Shown piece after piece: positions 1 to 10,244 of a stretch of 64,000 bases of DNA. Within the stretch, counting starts at the first letter, position 1. Each line of letters starts with the position of its first letter. The notes below the pieces were generated by a model. It did not search any database and was not told where the DNA came from. It worked only from the letters and a program-made list of their open reading frames with translations. The DNA comes from Rhodospirillales bacterium. Lineage in GTDB: Bacteria > Pseudomonadota > Alphaproteobacteria > Rhodospirillales > JASLQF01. A program made the translations under genes and the position numbers. The stretch lies in contig JASLQF010000044.1 in NCBI GenBank assembly GCA_030744625.1, positions 487 to 64,486 on the forward strand. Direction: 5' to 3'.

Positions 1-2268
1 CTTGGATAGATCGAGAACCTGGTTGATTAGGTTGAGGAGGTGCTCGCCGCCATCGAGGATATGGTCGACGTGACTCCTTTGTGTATCGTTGAGCGGCGCC
101 TTCGTGCCGCTCTTGAGGAGCTGCCCGAAGCCGAGAACGGCGTTGAGCGGCGTACGCAGCTCATGGCTCATGCTGGTAAGGAATTGCGATTTTGCCTGGT
201 TGGCGTCTTCCGCCGCCTTCATGGCCATGCGTAGTTCTTCCTCGGCCCTCTTGCGTTCGGTGATGTCCTGGATTTGGCCGAAGGTGTAAAGGGGCTCGCC
301 TTGGGCGTCGCGGACCATGGAAATTACGGCGTCCGCCCAGACGACGTGGCCGTTCTTGTGGAGGTAGCGCTTTCCAATCCGGAGGCTGTCCAACTCACCC
401 TTCCACATGCGCCGCAAGGAGGCCTCTTCGTTTGCACGGTCATCCGGGTGGGTGATATCGACGGGCCCCATGGCAAGAAGCTCTTCCTCGGAATAGCCAA
501 ACATCTCGGAGTACGCCGGATTGAACGAAAGGTATCGCCTGTCGCGGTCGACGGCCGCTATTCCCGCCGCGGCATGTTCGAACCCGGCTCTGAAGCGCTC
601 CTCGCTCTCCCTCAACGCCTCCTCGGCCCGCTTGCGATCGGTGACATCGGAGATGACGGAGAAAAACGCGGGTTTGCCCTCGAACGGAATGCGCCGACCC
701 GACAAGGTGACCCAGCGGCTCTCGCCGTCCCTGGTCACAATTTCCAGCGGGAGATCGCGGACCTCGGCATGTTTTTCGAGTTCCTCGACCAGGGCTTGGC
801 GGTCCACCGCATCCTTGTAGAGTTCCGTGACCTTGAGCCCGATCAATTTCTGGTGCGCCACGTGTTGTAGGTCGCCTGCAGCCTGGTTGCAGTAAAGAAT
901 CGTTCCATCGTCGAAAGCGCTGATAAACATTGCCACCGGCGAAGTCTCCGCAATTCCCCGGAAACGCTCCTCGCTTGTGCGCAGCGCCTCTTCGATCTGG
1001 CGTAACTCGGTGATGGTGTCTGTCAGACCCTGAGTCCGCTCCACAACACGCAGTTCGAGTTCATCATAGTACTTGCGCAGTGCGTTCTCGGCCTGCTTGC
1101 GTTCGGTGATGTCCCGTGTTGTTCCTTCAACGCCTGCAATGTTCCCCTCCGCATCCAGCCAATAGCGGGCGTTGGTGGAAACCCATACCGTGCTCCCGTC
1201 CTTTCTTCGCAGAGGAGCCTCGTAGCCCACGACCTGACCACCGCTCTTCTCAAGTGCACGGAGGAACTCTTCCCGATCTCTCGGATCCGCATAAAAGTCG
1301 GCGAGCTTACTGCCGATAAGTTCGTCATGCGTATAGCCCAGTAAAACTTCCGCCGATCGGGATGCCATGACAATCCGACCTTCCCGGTCCGAACGGTAAA
1401 AAGTGTCCAAGATGGTATCGAGAATGTTGCGGACTTCTTTTTCCGAAGCCTTAAGCTCGTCTTCCGCCAGCTTGCGCTCCGTGATGTCGATGAACGTCAG
1501 GGCAATCCCGCCCTCGGGGGTCTGGGTTTCCTTTAGGATGTACCATTTGCCGTCGCCGAACTGACGTATGATCGGGGGGCCGGGGTTACGGTGCTGCTCG
1601 ACGCGCTCGCGGATGAACTCCTCCTCGCGGCCACGCGCCTCGACCATCCAGCCGCGCTCGACGTTGGCCCGGATCAAGTCTTCGAAACGCATCCCGCTAT
1701 CGAGGAATTCCTGCGCTCTGGGATTGATGCGCCGATATACGTCGTTAATCATGACAATGCGATCGTCGGCGTCAAACAGCGCAAAACCTTCTTGCAGACT
1801 TTCGATGGCACCACGCAGGATTTCCTCGCTTTTGCGCGGTGCGCTCTCGGTCCGCTTGCGCTCGGTGATGTCGGAGAAGGTTGACACGAACCCGCCGCCG
1901 GGCAGGGGTTCGCTGCGGACCTCAATGGCGGTGCCGTCGGCGCGCACGAGCTCGAACAGATGGGGCTCGAGTTTCCGGGCCCGTTCGACACGCTCGCCGA
2001 CCAGCTCCTCCACGTCACCCGGCCCGCAGTCGCCGCGCTCGGCCTTGAAGCGGAACAAGTCGGCGAAGGGCGTTCCGGGTTCGACCAGTTCAGGCGGATA
2101 CCCGAACATGTCAACGAGCCGCTTGTTGGCGAGAACGAGCCTAAGCTCGGAATCGAAGATGGCGATTCCCTGAGCCAGGCGGTCCAGACCCTGGTGAACC
2201 AGGTTGGCGAGGGTAGAGTCTTCTTCGGCTCTATTCGGGCTGGCGATCCGGTTGATGCGCCTACCCAT
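1..2268 (-). CDS. Multi-PAS sensor histidine kinase, 3' end runs off the window
   Basis: Open frame from ATG 2268 (SD GGAGAG) to the edge, absent from the ORF track. About five PAS/PAC units mostly ending DITERK/DVTDRK, then H-box AKSQFLTSMSHELRTPLNAVLGF. Confidence 0.9.
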   Translation of the reverse strand, partial: MGRRINRIASPNRAEEDSTLANLVHQGLDRLAQGIAIFDSELRLVLANKRLVDMFGYPPELVEPGTPFADLFRFKAERGDCGPGDVEELVGERVERARKLEPHLFELVRADGTAIEVRSEPLPGGGFVSTFSDITERKRTESAPRKSEEILRGAIESLQEGFALFDADDRIVMINDVYRRINPRAQEFLDSGMRFEDLIRANVERGWMVEARGREEEFIRERVEQHRNPGPPIIRQFGDGKWYILKETQTPEGGIALTFIDITERKLAEDELKASEKEVRNILDTILDTFYRSDREGRIVMASRSAEVLLGYTHDELIGSKLADFYADPRDREEFLRALEKSGGQVVGYEAPLRRKDGSTVWVSTNARYWLDAEGNIAGVEGTTRDITERKQAENALRKYYDELELRVVERTQGLTDTITELRQIEEALRTSEERFRGIAETSPVAMFISAFDDGTILYCNQAAGDLQHVAHQKLIGLKVTELYKDAVDRQALVEELEKHAEVRDLPLEIVTRDGESRWVTLSGRRIPFEGKPAFFSVISDVTDRKRAEEALRESEERFRAGFEHAAAGIAAVDRDRRYLSFNPAYSEMFGYSEEELLAMGPVDITHPDDRANEEASLRRMWKGELDSLRIGKRYLHKNGHVVWADAVISMVRDAQGEPLYTFGQIQDITERKRAEEELRMAMKAAEDANQAKSQFLTSMSHELRTPLNAVLGFGQLLKSGTKAPLNDTQRSHVDHILDGGEHLLNLINQVLDLSK

Positions 2269-2441
2269 GAAAGTCTCTCCGGGGCATCCTCATGTTGCCC
2301 TGAAATCTACCCAAGGCCACTGACGGCCACAAAAAGTATGTTGGTATTCACGGTGAAATGTCGAGTCGTAAAGCGGCTCCCTGGATCGAGCTGCAGCGAA
2401 ACGAACCAAGGCCGCGCCTTGGCGGTCGGGGCTTTCAGGGC

Positions 2442-3362
2442 CTAGGCCCGATAGGGGTGATGCTCCATCCAGTGGCGGGCGATATCGACGCCGCGGGCGA
2501 TCCACACCTTGTCGTGTTCGAGCACGTAGTCGAGGAAGCGTTCCAAACCGACGGCGCGCGCCGGGCGGCCGATGATGCGGTCGTGGAGCGCCAGCATCAT
2601 CATCTTGGGCTCGCCCCGTTCGCCCTCGCCGTAAAGCACGTCGAAGGCGTCTTTCATGTAGGTGAAAAAATCGTCGGCGGTGACGAAACCCGTTTGTTCG
2701 TTGAAACGATTGTCGTTGGTCTCGTAGGAAATGGGAATCACCAGGTGCGGCTTGCTCTCGACCTCGACCCAATAGGGCAGTTCGTCAGCGAGCGAATCCC
2801 GGTCATAGAGGAAACCGCCCTCCTCGACCAGGAGACGCCTGGTGTTCGGCCCCGGCCTTCCTGTCATCCAGCCCACCGGCCGCTCACCGGTGAGGCTTCG
2901 CAGTCCTTCGATGGCGCGTTGAATGTGTTCGCGCTCCACCTCCTCGGGGACACATTGATAGTCGATCCAGCGCCAGCCATGGCTGACCATCTCGTGACCG
3001 CCCTCGACGATGGCGCACGCGGCTTGCGGATTGCGCTCGAGGCCCATGACCACCGCCCAGGCGCTGACCTTGATGCCGCGTTCGTCGAGGATGCGGAGGA
3101 TACGCCAAATGCCGCGCCGGCTGCCGTACTCAAAGGCGGTTTCGGTGATCACGTTGCGGGCATCGTCATAAGCCGGGAAGCCGGTGTCGGTGAGCATGCT
3201 CTCCGAACGGGCGTCGCCGTGCAGAATGTTCATCTCTCCGCCGGCCTCGTAGTTCAGCGCCACGGTGAGACAGATGTTGGCGCCACCGGGCCACTTCGGA
3301 TCGGGCGGGTTGGCGCCATACCCGACCATGTCTCTCGGGTAGGGGCCGTTCGAGGTTGTCAT
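2442..3362 (-). CDS. Allantoinase PuuE-like polysaccharide deacetylase family protein
   Basis: YPRDMVGYG, ALNYEAGGE, FEYGSRRG, SHGWRW, LHDRIIGRP. SD GGAGGG before ATG 3362. Confidence 0.8.
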   Translation of the reverse strand: MTTSNGPYPRDMVGYGANPPDPKWPGGANICLTVALNYEAGGEMNILHGDARSESMLTDTGFPAYDDARNVITETAFEYGSRRGIWRILRILDERGIKVSAWAVVMGLERNPQAACAIVEGGHEMVSHGWRWIDYQCVPEEVEREHIQRAIEGLRSLTGERPVGWMTGRPGPNTRRLLVEEGGFLYDRDSLADELPYWVEVESKPHLVIPISYETNDNRFNEQTGFVTADDFFTYMKDAFDVLYGEGERGEPKMMMLALHDRIIGRPARAVGLERFLDYVLEHDKVWIARGVDIARHWMEHHPYRA

Positions 3363-3604
3363 ATTCCCTCCCCTTGATGGGCGCCACCCCGGCACGTTAC
3401 CAGCCTGGCGCGCGGCGGGGGTGAGAAAATGAGAGCGCGTCCCCCTTCATGTCCGCTTGGCACCCAACGGCGGGCATCGGCGCCGGATCATCGGGGCTTC
3501 TGCCGCCGCCCCTTAGAGGACATCAATGACGCGAGACCTCCACCCGTTCGGCCGCTTTCCCGCGCCACACGAAGCCCGCAACCTCTCGCCGGGTCTAAAA
3601 TGCC

Positions 3605-4264
3605 CTATCCGTCCTCGGTCCCAATGACCAGCTCGAACATCCGCGGATGGATGTCCTCCGGAAACTTCATGTACAGCTCCACCTCGAACAGGCCCTTTCG
3701 GTTCTTCGAGTTATCGTGGTGATGGGAGATGGGCGTCTGCAGGATGCTGCCGTCTTTCGAGGGGACCAGAAACCGCATTATCTCGAAGAAATCGTCGCCT
3801 CCCTCGGGCAGGATCAGGATGAACGACTGGAAGCGGTCCACCCGGATTGGTTCGGTAAAGGCGTTGTACATGAACAGCTGGAACCCGCATTCGAGGGAAT
3901 AGACTACCTCCATGTGGTGAAGCTGATTAGGCACCATGATGAACTCGCCACCGCGTACGCCCTTATGGACGTTATGCGCGCCTTCCATCCCCTTCATCGT
4001 CTTGTCGCTCATCATCGCGTTGGAGGCCGGCATGGCGCCCATCTTCATCCCGGCCATCTGCTTGGCCGCCTCCGGGAGCGGGCCGTCGTACAATGCGCCG
4101 CCCATCTTCTTCTCGGCCGCTTAGGTCAGGTGCACGGGCACCGTGCAGGGCACCTTCTTATGGTCCATTTTCATTTCGTGCTTCTTCTCGTCGGCGATCG
4201 CCGCAAGGACCACCACAACCGAGAGGACGAGTGCGACCATTCCCGCCGTCAGAATATTTCTCAT
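3605..4264 (-). pseudogene. Exported Met/His-rich putative metal-binding protein interrupted by an in-frame TAA at 4121-4123
   Basis: Signal peptide MRNILTAGMVALVLSVVVVLAAIA. The frame continues across the stop: HLT*AAEKKMGG. Met/His-rich stretches. Confidence 0.55.
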
Positions 4265-4664
4265 CTTCTTCTTCCAACGGATCATCTGTAATCCCAATAT
4301 CCCTGAGGTTGTAAGTATGCCGGGCTTCAGATCCGTTGTATTCCAAAATTTCGCCTGATACCCCGTCCGGTCCTGGGTGTTCCTCCGTACGGATCGTTCA
4401 CGCGCAGGCCGTTTTTGGAAGATCCACGACCTGTGGCATTTGTCGCTAGGTCTGCTCTCGGCTAGATGCGGTCCTGGAAGCATGGACCGCCCGACGTCCG
4501 CTCCTTGGCGATTTATGACTGCCTTGCGCCCAACGGCGAACATCGGCGCCGGGTCATCGGCGCTTTTGCCTATGACGCTTAACGGACATGAGGGCAGGAT
4601 TGCGGAAACGGTGGCCTGTCGGGCCACCGTCTCACCGTTTATCCGCGACGCTGGAGTGCCTTGA

Positions 4665-5933
4665 TCAAGCCGCCCGCCGACGCCCCGCGCCGCGGTTGGA
4701 GGGCGGCTTGCGATGGCGGCCGTTGCCGGGCTGGCGACGCTTGCGCCAGGGCTCGCCATGGGGCATTTCGGCCGTGCCCCGGCCGTCGGGCGCGGCGGCG
4801 GCGGGCTCCGCCCCGATCACCGTCAGCCGGCGCCGGATCAGGCGCTCGATGTCGCGCAGGTAGCCACGCTCGGCCGGGTCGCAGAACGAGACCGCCACCC
4901 CGCGGGCGCCGGCCCGCGCCGTCCGCCCGATACGATGGACGTAGCTTTCCGGCTCGTTGGGAAGCTCGTAGTTGATGACATGGGTGACGCCGTCGACGTC
5001 GATGCCCCGGGCCGCGATGTCGGTCGCCACCAGGACCCGCGCCTCGCCGGCGCGGAACCGTTTGAGGGCACGCTGGCGGGCGCCCTGGGACTTGTTGCCG
5101 TGGATGGCCTCGGCGGAGATGCCGCGTTTTCCGAGGTGCTCGGCGACGCGATTGGCGCGGTGCTTGGTGCGTGCGAACACGAGCACCCGCGACAGCGCCG
5201 GATCGCCTAGGATGCCGGCCAGCAGGTCCCTCTTGCCGGCGGCCTCGACGTGGTAGATGTTCTGCTCGATGCGCTTGATCGGCGTCGCCTGGGGCGTCAC
5301 CTCGAGGCGCACCGGATGAGCCAGGATGTCGCCCGCCAGATGCGCGATCTCGCCCGGCATGGTGGCCGAAAACATCAGCGACTGGCGTTTCACGGGCAAG
5401 GCCGCGATGATCCTCCGGACGTCGCGCACGAAGCCCATGTCGAGCATCCGGTCGGCCTCGTCGAGGACCAGGAACTCGACCGCGTCCAGCCCGATCCGCC
5501 GCTGGCCCATGAGGTCGAGCAGGCGGCCCGGCGTGGCGACGACGATGTCGACGCCGCCGGCCAGGGCGTTGACCTGTGGCTTCTGGTTGACGCCGCCGAA
5601 GATCACGGTGTGGCGCAGTTGCAGATGCTTGGCGTAGGCGCCGAACTCGTCGCCGATCTGGATGGCCAGCTCGCGGGTCGGTGCCAGGACCAAGGCGCGC
5701 GGGCGGCGCCGTCCGTGGTGGCGGTCCTTTTGGGAAAGTTTGTGGAGAATGGGCAGCGCGAAGGCCGCCGTCTTGCCGGTGCCGGTCTGGGCGATGCCCA
5801 AAATATCCTTGCCGGCGAGAAGTTGGGGGATGGCCCGCGCCTGGATCGGCGTCGGGATGACATGGTTTCTGGATCTCAAGGCAAGCTGTATCGGCTCGGC
5901 CAGGCCGAGTTCCGAAAAATTACGATTGGTCAC
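4665..5933 (-). CDS. DEAD-box RNA helicase (RhlE-like)
   Basis: AQTGTGKT, PTRELA, TPGRLLD, DEAD, SAT and HRIGRTAR motifs. Confidence 0.93.
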   Translation of the reverse strand: MTNRNFSELGLAEPIQLALRSRNHVIPTPIQARAIPQLLAGKDILGIAQTGTGKTAAFALPILHKLSQKDRHHGRRRPRALVLAPTRELAIQIGDEFGAYAKHLQLRHTVIFGGVNQKPQVNALAGGVDIVVATPGRLLDLMGQRRIGLDAVEFLVLDEADRMLDMGFVRDVRRIIAALPVKRQSLMFSATMPGEIAHLAGDILAHPVRLEVTPQATPIKRIEQNIYHVEAAGKRDLLAGILGDPALSRVLVFARTKHRANRVAEHLGKRGISAEAIHGNKSQGARQRALKRFRAGEARVLVATDIAARGIDVDGVTHVINYELPNEPESYVHRIGRTARAGARGVAVSFCDPAERGYLRDIERLIRRRLTVIGAEPAAAAPDGRGTAEMPHGEPWRKRRQPGNGRHRKPPSNRGAGRRRAA

Positions 5934-6364
5934 GTAGGTATCCTTATGTGCCCGGCGGTCCGGACGGCGTCATCGACGCGGCCGAACCCCGGCATATTAC
6001 CTTGCCCCGGGCGCGGCCGGAGTTGGTAGATTTTTGATTATTGTTCTCGGGAAATAATGCCGCCGGTCGGCGGCGTTTCGCGCAATCGCGAGACAATGTA
6101 CAGCCGTTAGATGGACTCACTTGCCCGATATGTCAAGTAAATCAATTTTTTATGTGCGGCGGGACGGCAGCGAATTGCGGAACTCCGGGAAATGTCGGTC
6201 TACCGCCGAATTCGTGCCGGGGTGCTCCGTGTGCTACCATCGTCGGCAACCGGGAAGTGTCATCCGGGCTATTTGAACGTAAACACGATGTCCCCGTATT
6301 CGATGATATCCTCGTATTTTCTTGAATGCGAAGGAGCACCGGGGGAAAAGCAAGCGAGGGCGAA

Positions 6365-7822
6365 ATGAGCGGCGACAACCTGACCAACAGCATCGGTGCC
6401 GCGCAGGGCATCGAGATTTTCGAAGGCGAGGGCCGCGGCCCCAAGCGTCCGCGCCCGCCATTGACCATCAAGGAGGCGGCGCGCGAGACCCCGGTCTTCG
6501 CCGAGACCGACGTGCTGGTCGTCGGCGGCGGGCCGTCCGGCACGGCGGCGGCGGTGGCGGCGGGGCGCCTCGGCGCCGAGGTCATGCTGGTCGAGCGCTA
6601 CAATCATCTCGGCGGCCTGTCGACCGGCGGCCTGGTCATCTGGATCGATCGCATGTCGGACTGGAACGGCCGCCAGGTCATCGCCGGCATCGCCCACGAC
6701 ATCTTCGAGCGCCTGCCCAAGGACGCGGTGCTCGGCCCCGAGCGCGCCGACTGGGGCTCCAGGGACGCCGCCACCGCAGCCTACTGGTCGCAGCGCACGG
6801 CCGCCTATCACGGCATCGTCACCTGGTCGCCGACCATCGATCCGGAGGCCCTGAAGACGCTTTCCATGCGGATGACGCTGGAGCAGAAGGTGCGCCTCAC
6901 CTTCCATGCCTGGGCGGTCGAGCCCATCGTCGAGGACGGCACCATGCGTGGCGCCATATTCGAGAGCAAGGAGGGCCGCCGCGCGGTGTTGGCCAAGACC
7001 GTCGTCGACACGACGGGCGACGCCGACCTCCTGGCCCGCGCCGGTCTCTCGTTCGAGAACGACATCGACGAGAGCGACATCCACCACTGCATCAACACCG
7101 CCTTTTTGCTGGGCGGCGTCGACATGGAGCGCTGGCTGGCCTTTCGCGCCGACGATGCGCAAGGCTTCAAGGATTTCCTGGCGCGCGGGCGCGATCAGCT
7201 GAAAACCTTCGAGAAGCCCTTCGTCTCGTGGCGCAATGACGTGGCGCTGTTCATGGGGCCCCGGTTGTCCGGCTACAGCGCCGTCGACGTCGAGGACCTG
7301 AGCGAGGTCGAGGTCCGCTCGCGCCTGCTCACCGTCGGCCATGTCGAGGTTTACCGCGAGCACGCGCCGGGCTTCGAGAACGCCTTCCTCATGCTCGGCG
7401 CGCCGCAGGTCGGCGTGCGCCACAGCCGCCGCCTGGTCGGCGCGAAAAAGGTGACGCGGGCGCAGTGGGACGAGGGCAAGGTGTGGGACGATGAGATCGG
7501 CGTCTCGACCTCGCTGTCACCCAAGACCCCGAACATCTCGGTGCCTTACGGAGCACTGGTGCCGGCCGGCATCGACGGCGTGCTCGGCGCCGGCCGTCAC
7601 ATCGCCTGCGACGCCAACTCTCATTCCTTCCTGCGCGAGATCCCGCAATGCTGGATGACGGGCCACGCCGCCGGCATCGCGGCGGCGCTTTCGGCGGACA
7701 CAGGGGTACGCCCGCGCGACCTCGACCCGCTGCTTGTCCAGCGCCAGCTGCTGCACCAGGGGGCCTATCTTTCGCCATCGATCGAGGCGGCGGTGGAACA
7801 GGCTTCGCGCGCCGCCGAGTAG
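6365..7822 (+). CDS. FAD-dependent oxidoreductase
   Basis: DVLVVGGGPSG Rossmann motif, LGGLSTGG, VDTTGDAD, C-terminal GHAAG. Start estimated. Confidence 0.85.
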   Translation: MSGDNLTNSIGAAQGIEIFEGEGRGPKRPRPPLTIKEAARETPVFAETDVLVVGGGPSGTAAAVAAGRLGAEVMLVERYNHLGGLSTGGLVIWIDRMSDWNGRQVIAGIAHDIFERLPKDAVLGPERADWGSRDAATAAYWSQRTAAYHGIVTWSPTIDPEALKTLSMRMTLEQKVRLTFHAWAVEPIVEDGTMRGAIFESKEGRRAVLAKTVVDTTGDADLLARAGLSFENDIDESDIHHCINTAFLLGGVDMERWLAFRADDAQGFKDFLARGRDQLKTFEKPFVSWRNDVALFMGPRLSGYSAVDVEDLSEVEVRSRLLTVGHVEVYREHAPGFENAFLMLGAPQVGVRHSRRLVGAKKVTRAQWDEGKVWDDEIGVSTSLSPKTPNISVPYGALVPAGIDGVLGAGRHIACDANSHSFLREIPQCWMTGHAAGIAAALSADTGVRPRDLDPLLVQRQLLHQGAYLSPSIEAAVEQASRAAE

Positions 7823-7881
7823 CCGCCACCGGGGTCGCGGGACGAACCATTCAATCATTTTGCACCGAGGAGCATTTTGCA

Positions 7882-9111
7882 ATGCCAAGCGAGCTCGACA
7901 AGGCCATACGTCGGGAAACCCTGACACCCCAATATCCTTACATGCCAAGAGAGGAATGGCAGGACCGAATTACCCGGGTCCGCGCGCTGATGAAGGAAAA
8001 GGGGCTCGACGCCCTGATGCTCGTCAACAGTCAAAACCACCAGTATTTTTTTGGTTCCACCAAAACGTACAAGAACGTGTATCCCGCCGTGGGTATTGTC
8101 CCACGGCTAGGCCCGACGGCGGCGGTGATGGAGTCCGCCGATTCCCTGGTGCTCGAAACCCAGGGCTACGCGGAATTGAATGTTGGCTTTCGGGGGGATA
8201 CCCAGGCTCCCACGCCGACGGCTTCGGAACCCGTAAAATTGATATCCGAACTCATGTACGAGATGGATCTCGCGGGCAAAACCATCGGCATGGAATTCGG
8301 GCGCTTCATGTGGTGGGACGCATTTACCATGAATGAGTGGGAGCGGCTCAAGAAGGACTTGCCGACCACGACATTCGTCGATGCGACCGACCTGATCTGG
8401 GATCTGCGAATGATCAAGTCGCCATGGGAGATGGAGATAATGCGGCATCTTCATCGTGTAACGGCGAAGGGCTATGCCCGGATTCTCAACGACGCCGCCC
8501 CGGGCATGAATGAACTGCAGCTTTTTTACGATGCGCTCAAATTCTGGATAGATGAAGGCATCGTGGAGTCCACCAACTACACGCTCAGCTGCATGAATGC
8601 GATACAGCCGTTTCGCGACCGCACGCTAAACCCGGGTGACTGGATCATGTTGGATGGCGGCCCGTGCTACAAAGGCTATTGCTCCGACATTCAGCGTTTC
8701 ATCAAGATCGGCAAGGTCAGTCCCGATTTTGAAAAGGCCGCGCGTCTTGCCAGCGAGGCCATGTGGGCAGTCGAGGAAATATTGAAACCGGGCGTGACGG
8801 CGGGACAAATCTGGGAAACCAGCTACGCGACGATCGCCAACAAGGTCCCCGATATTTGGAGAACCGCCCGATCACGGAGAATGGTCGGCTGGGTCGGCCA
8901 CGGAATGGGCCTTAACATTCACGAGCCGCCTTACTTCGTCGAGGGTTCGGATGCCGTCTTGAAGGAGGGCATGGTGGTTGCGGTGGAAGTGCCTTCCTAT
9001 CACGAGCGTACTTTTGCCAATATGCCCGAAGACACTTACATCATTACAAATGACGGATATGAAAAGTTGAGCATTGATCTGGGCCCAACGGAAACGTCTG
9101 TCAGAACCTGA
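7882..9111 (+). CDS. M24 family Xaa-Pro peptidase-like protein
   Basis: Metal ligand motifs LDGG, SDIQR, GHGMG..IHEPP, AVE, PEDT. SD GAGGAG. Confidence 0.85.
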   Translation: MPSELDKAIRRETLTPQYPYMPREEWQDRITRVRALMKEKGLDALMLVNSQNHQYFFGSTKTYKNVYPAVGIVPRLGPTAAVMESADSLVLETQGYAELNVGFRGDTQAPTPTASEPVKLISELMYEMDLAGKTIGMEFGRFMWWDAFTMNEWERLKKDLPTTTFVDATDLIWDLRMIKSPWEMEIMRHLHRVTAKGYARILNDAAPGMNELQLFYDALKFWIDEGIVESTNYTLSCMNAIQPFRDRTLNPGDWIMLDGGPCYKGYCSDIQRFIKIGKVSPDFEKAARLASEAMWAVEEILKPGVTAGQIWETSYATIANKVPDIWRTARSRRMVGWVGHGMGLNIHEPPYFVEGSDAVLKEGMVVAVEVPSYHERTFANMPEDTYIITNDGYEKLSIDLGPTETSVRT

Positions 9112-9149
9112 ATAATATCGTGGTAGACGGCACGGAGGAGGAGGACTGA

Positions 9150-9500
9150 GTGGGATCGAGAATCGCGCTATTGATTGCCGTTCCGGCGACCGCCTTGACG
9201 ACGGTGTCAGCCGTGGCACAGACCTACGGAAACCACCCGCATACGGGGGACATGATGGGACATATGGGGGCTTGGGGATGGGGCGGGATGATCCTTGGCC
9301 CGATCATGATGATCGTATTCATCGCCGTGGCGGTGGTCGTCGTCGTGCTCCTGGTGCGCTGGCTCGGTGGGACGGGGCATGGCGGTGCCGTTCACGGCCC
9401 GCCGGGCAGGACGGCCCTGGACATCCTCAAGGAACGGTTCGCCAGGGGCGAGATCGACAAGGAAGAGTTCGAAGAGCGGCGACGCGTGCTGGGTGAATAG
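9150..9500 (+). CDS. SHOCT domain membrane protein
   Basis: ALDILKERFARGEIDKEEFEERRRVL, one TM helix, His/Met-rich N-terminus, strong SD GGAGGAGG. Confidence 0.85.
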   Translation: MGSRIALLIAVPATALTTVSAVAQTYGNHPHTGDMMGHMGAWGWGGMILGPIMMIVFIAVAVVVVVLLVRWLGGTGHGGAVHGPPGRTALDILKERFARGEIDKEEFEERRRVLGE

Positions 9501-9569
9501 CGTACTCGCACGAGGCCTCCGTCGAATGACCGTCCGACGCCCTCTCCGGGGCGCCAAGGCGACATCGGC

Positions 9570-10226
9570 CTAGCTTCCGGCCGCCCGTAGGGCCTCGATG
9601 GCGGCCTTGTAGTCGCCACCGCCGAACACGGCGCTACCCGCCACCAGTACGTTGGCGCCGGCCTCGATGGCCGCCTTGGCGGTGTCGGCGTTGATGCCGC
9701 CGTCGACCTCCAGCTCGATGGGGCGGTCGCCGATCATGTGCCGCACGCGGCGGATCTTCTCGAGCTGATCGGCGATGAAGCTCTGGCCCCCGAAGCCGGG
9801 GTTGACGGTCATCACCAGCACCAGGTCGACGGCGTCGAGGACGTGCTCGACGGCCGCCGCCGGCGTCGCCGGGTTGAGCGACACGCCGGCCTTCCTGCCA
9901 AGCCCGCGGATGACCTGGAGCGAGCGGTCGAGGTGGGGGCCGGCCTCGACGTGGACCGTGATGATGTCGGCGCCGGCTTCGGCGAAGGCCTCCAGGTAGG
10001 GATCGGCGGGGCTGATCATGAGGTGCACGTCGAGGGGCTTCCCGGTGTGCGGGCGCAGCGCCCGCACCACGTCCGCACCGATGGTGATGTTGGGAACGAA
10101 ATGGCCGTCCATGACGTCGACGTGGACGTAGTCGCAGCCGGCGGCGTCGATGGCGCGCACCTCCTCGCCGAGCCGCGCGAAATCGGCGGACAGGATCGAG
10201 GGCGCGATCTTGATGGCGTCGGTCAT
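9570..10226 (-). CDS. rpe: Ribulose-phosphate 3-epimerase
   Basis: [38 protein letters not shown]. Confidence 0.97.
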   Translation of the reverse strand: MTDAIKIAPSILSADFARLGEEVRAIDAAGCDYVHVDVMDGHFVPNITIGADVVRALRPHTGKPLDVHLMISPADPYLEAFAEAGADIITVHVEAGPHLDRSLQVIRGLGRKAGVSLNPATPAAAVEHVLDAVDLVLVMTVNPGFGGQSFIADQLEKIRRVRHMIGDRPIELEVDGGINADTAKAAIEAGANVLVAGSAVFGGGDYKAAIEALRAAGS

Positions 10227-10244
10227 ACAGATGTCATGTGGCCG

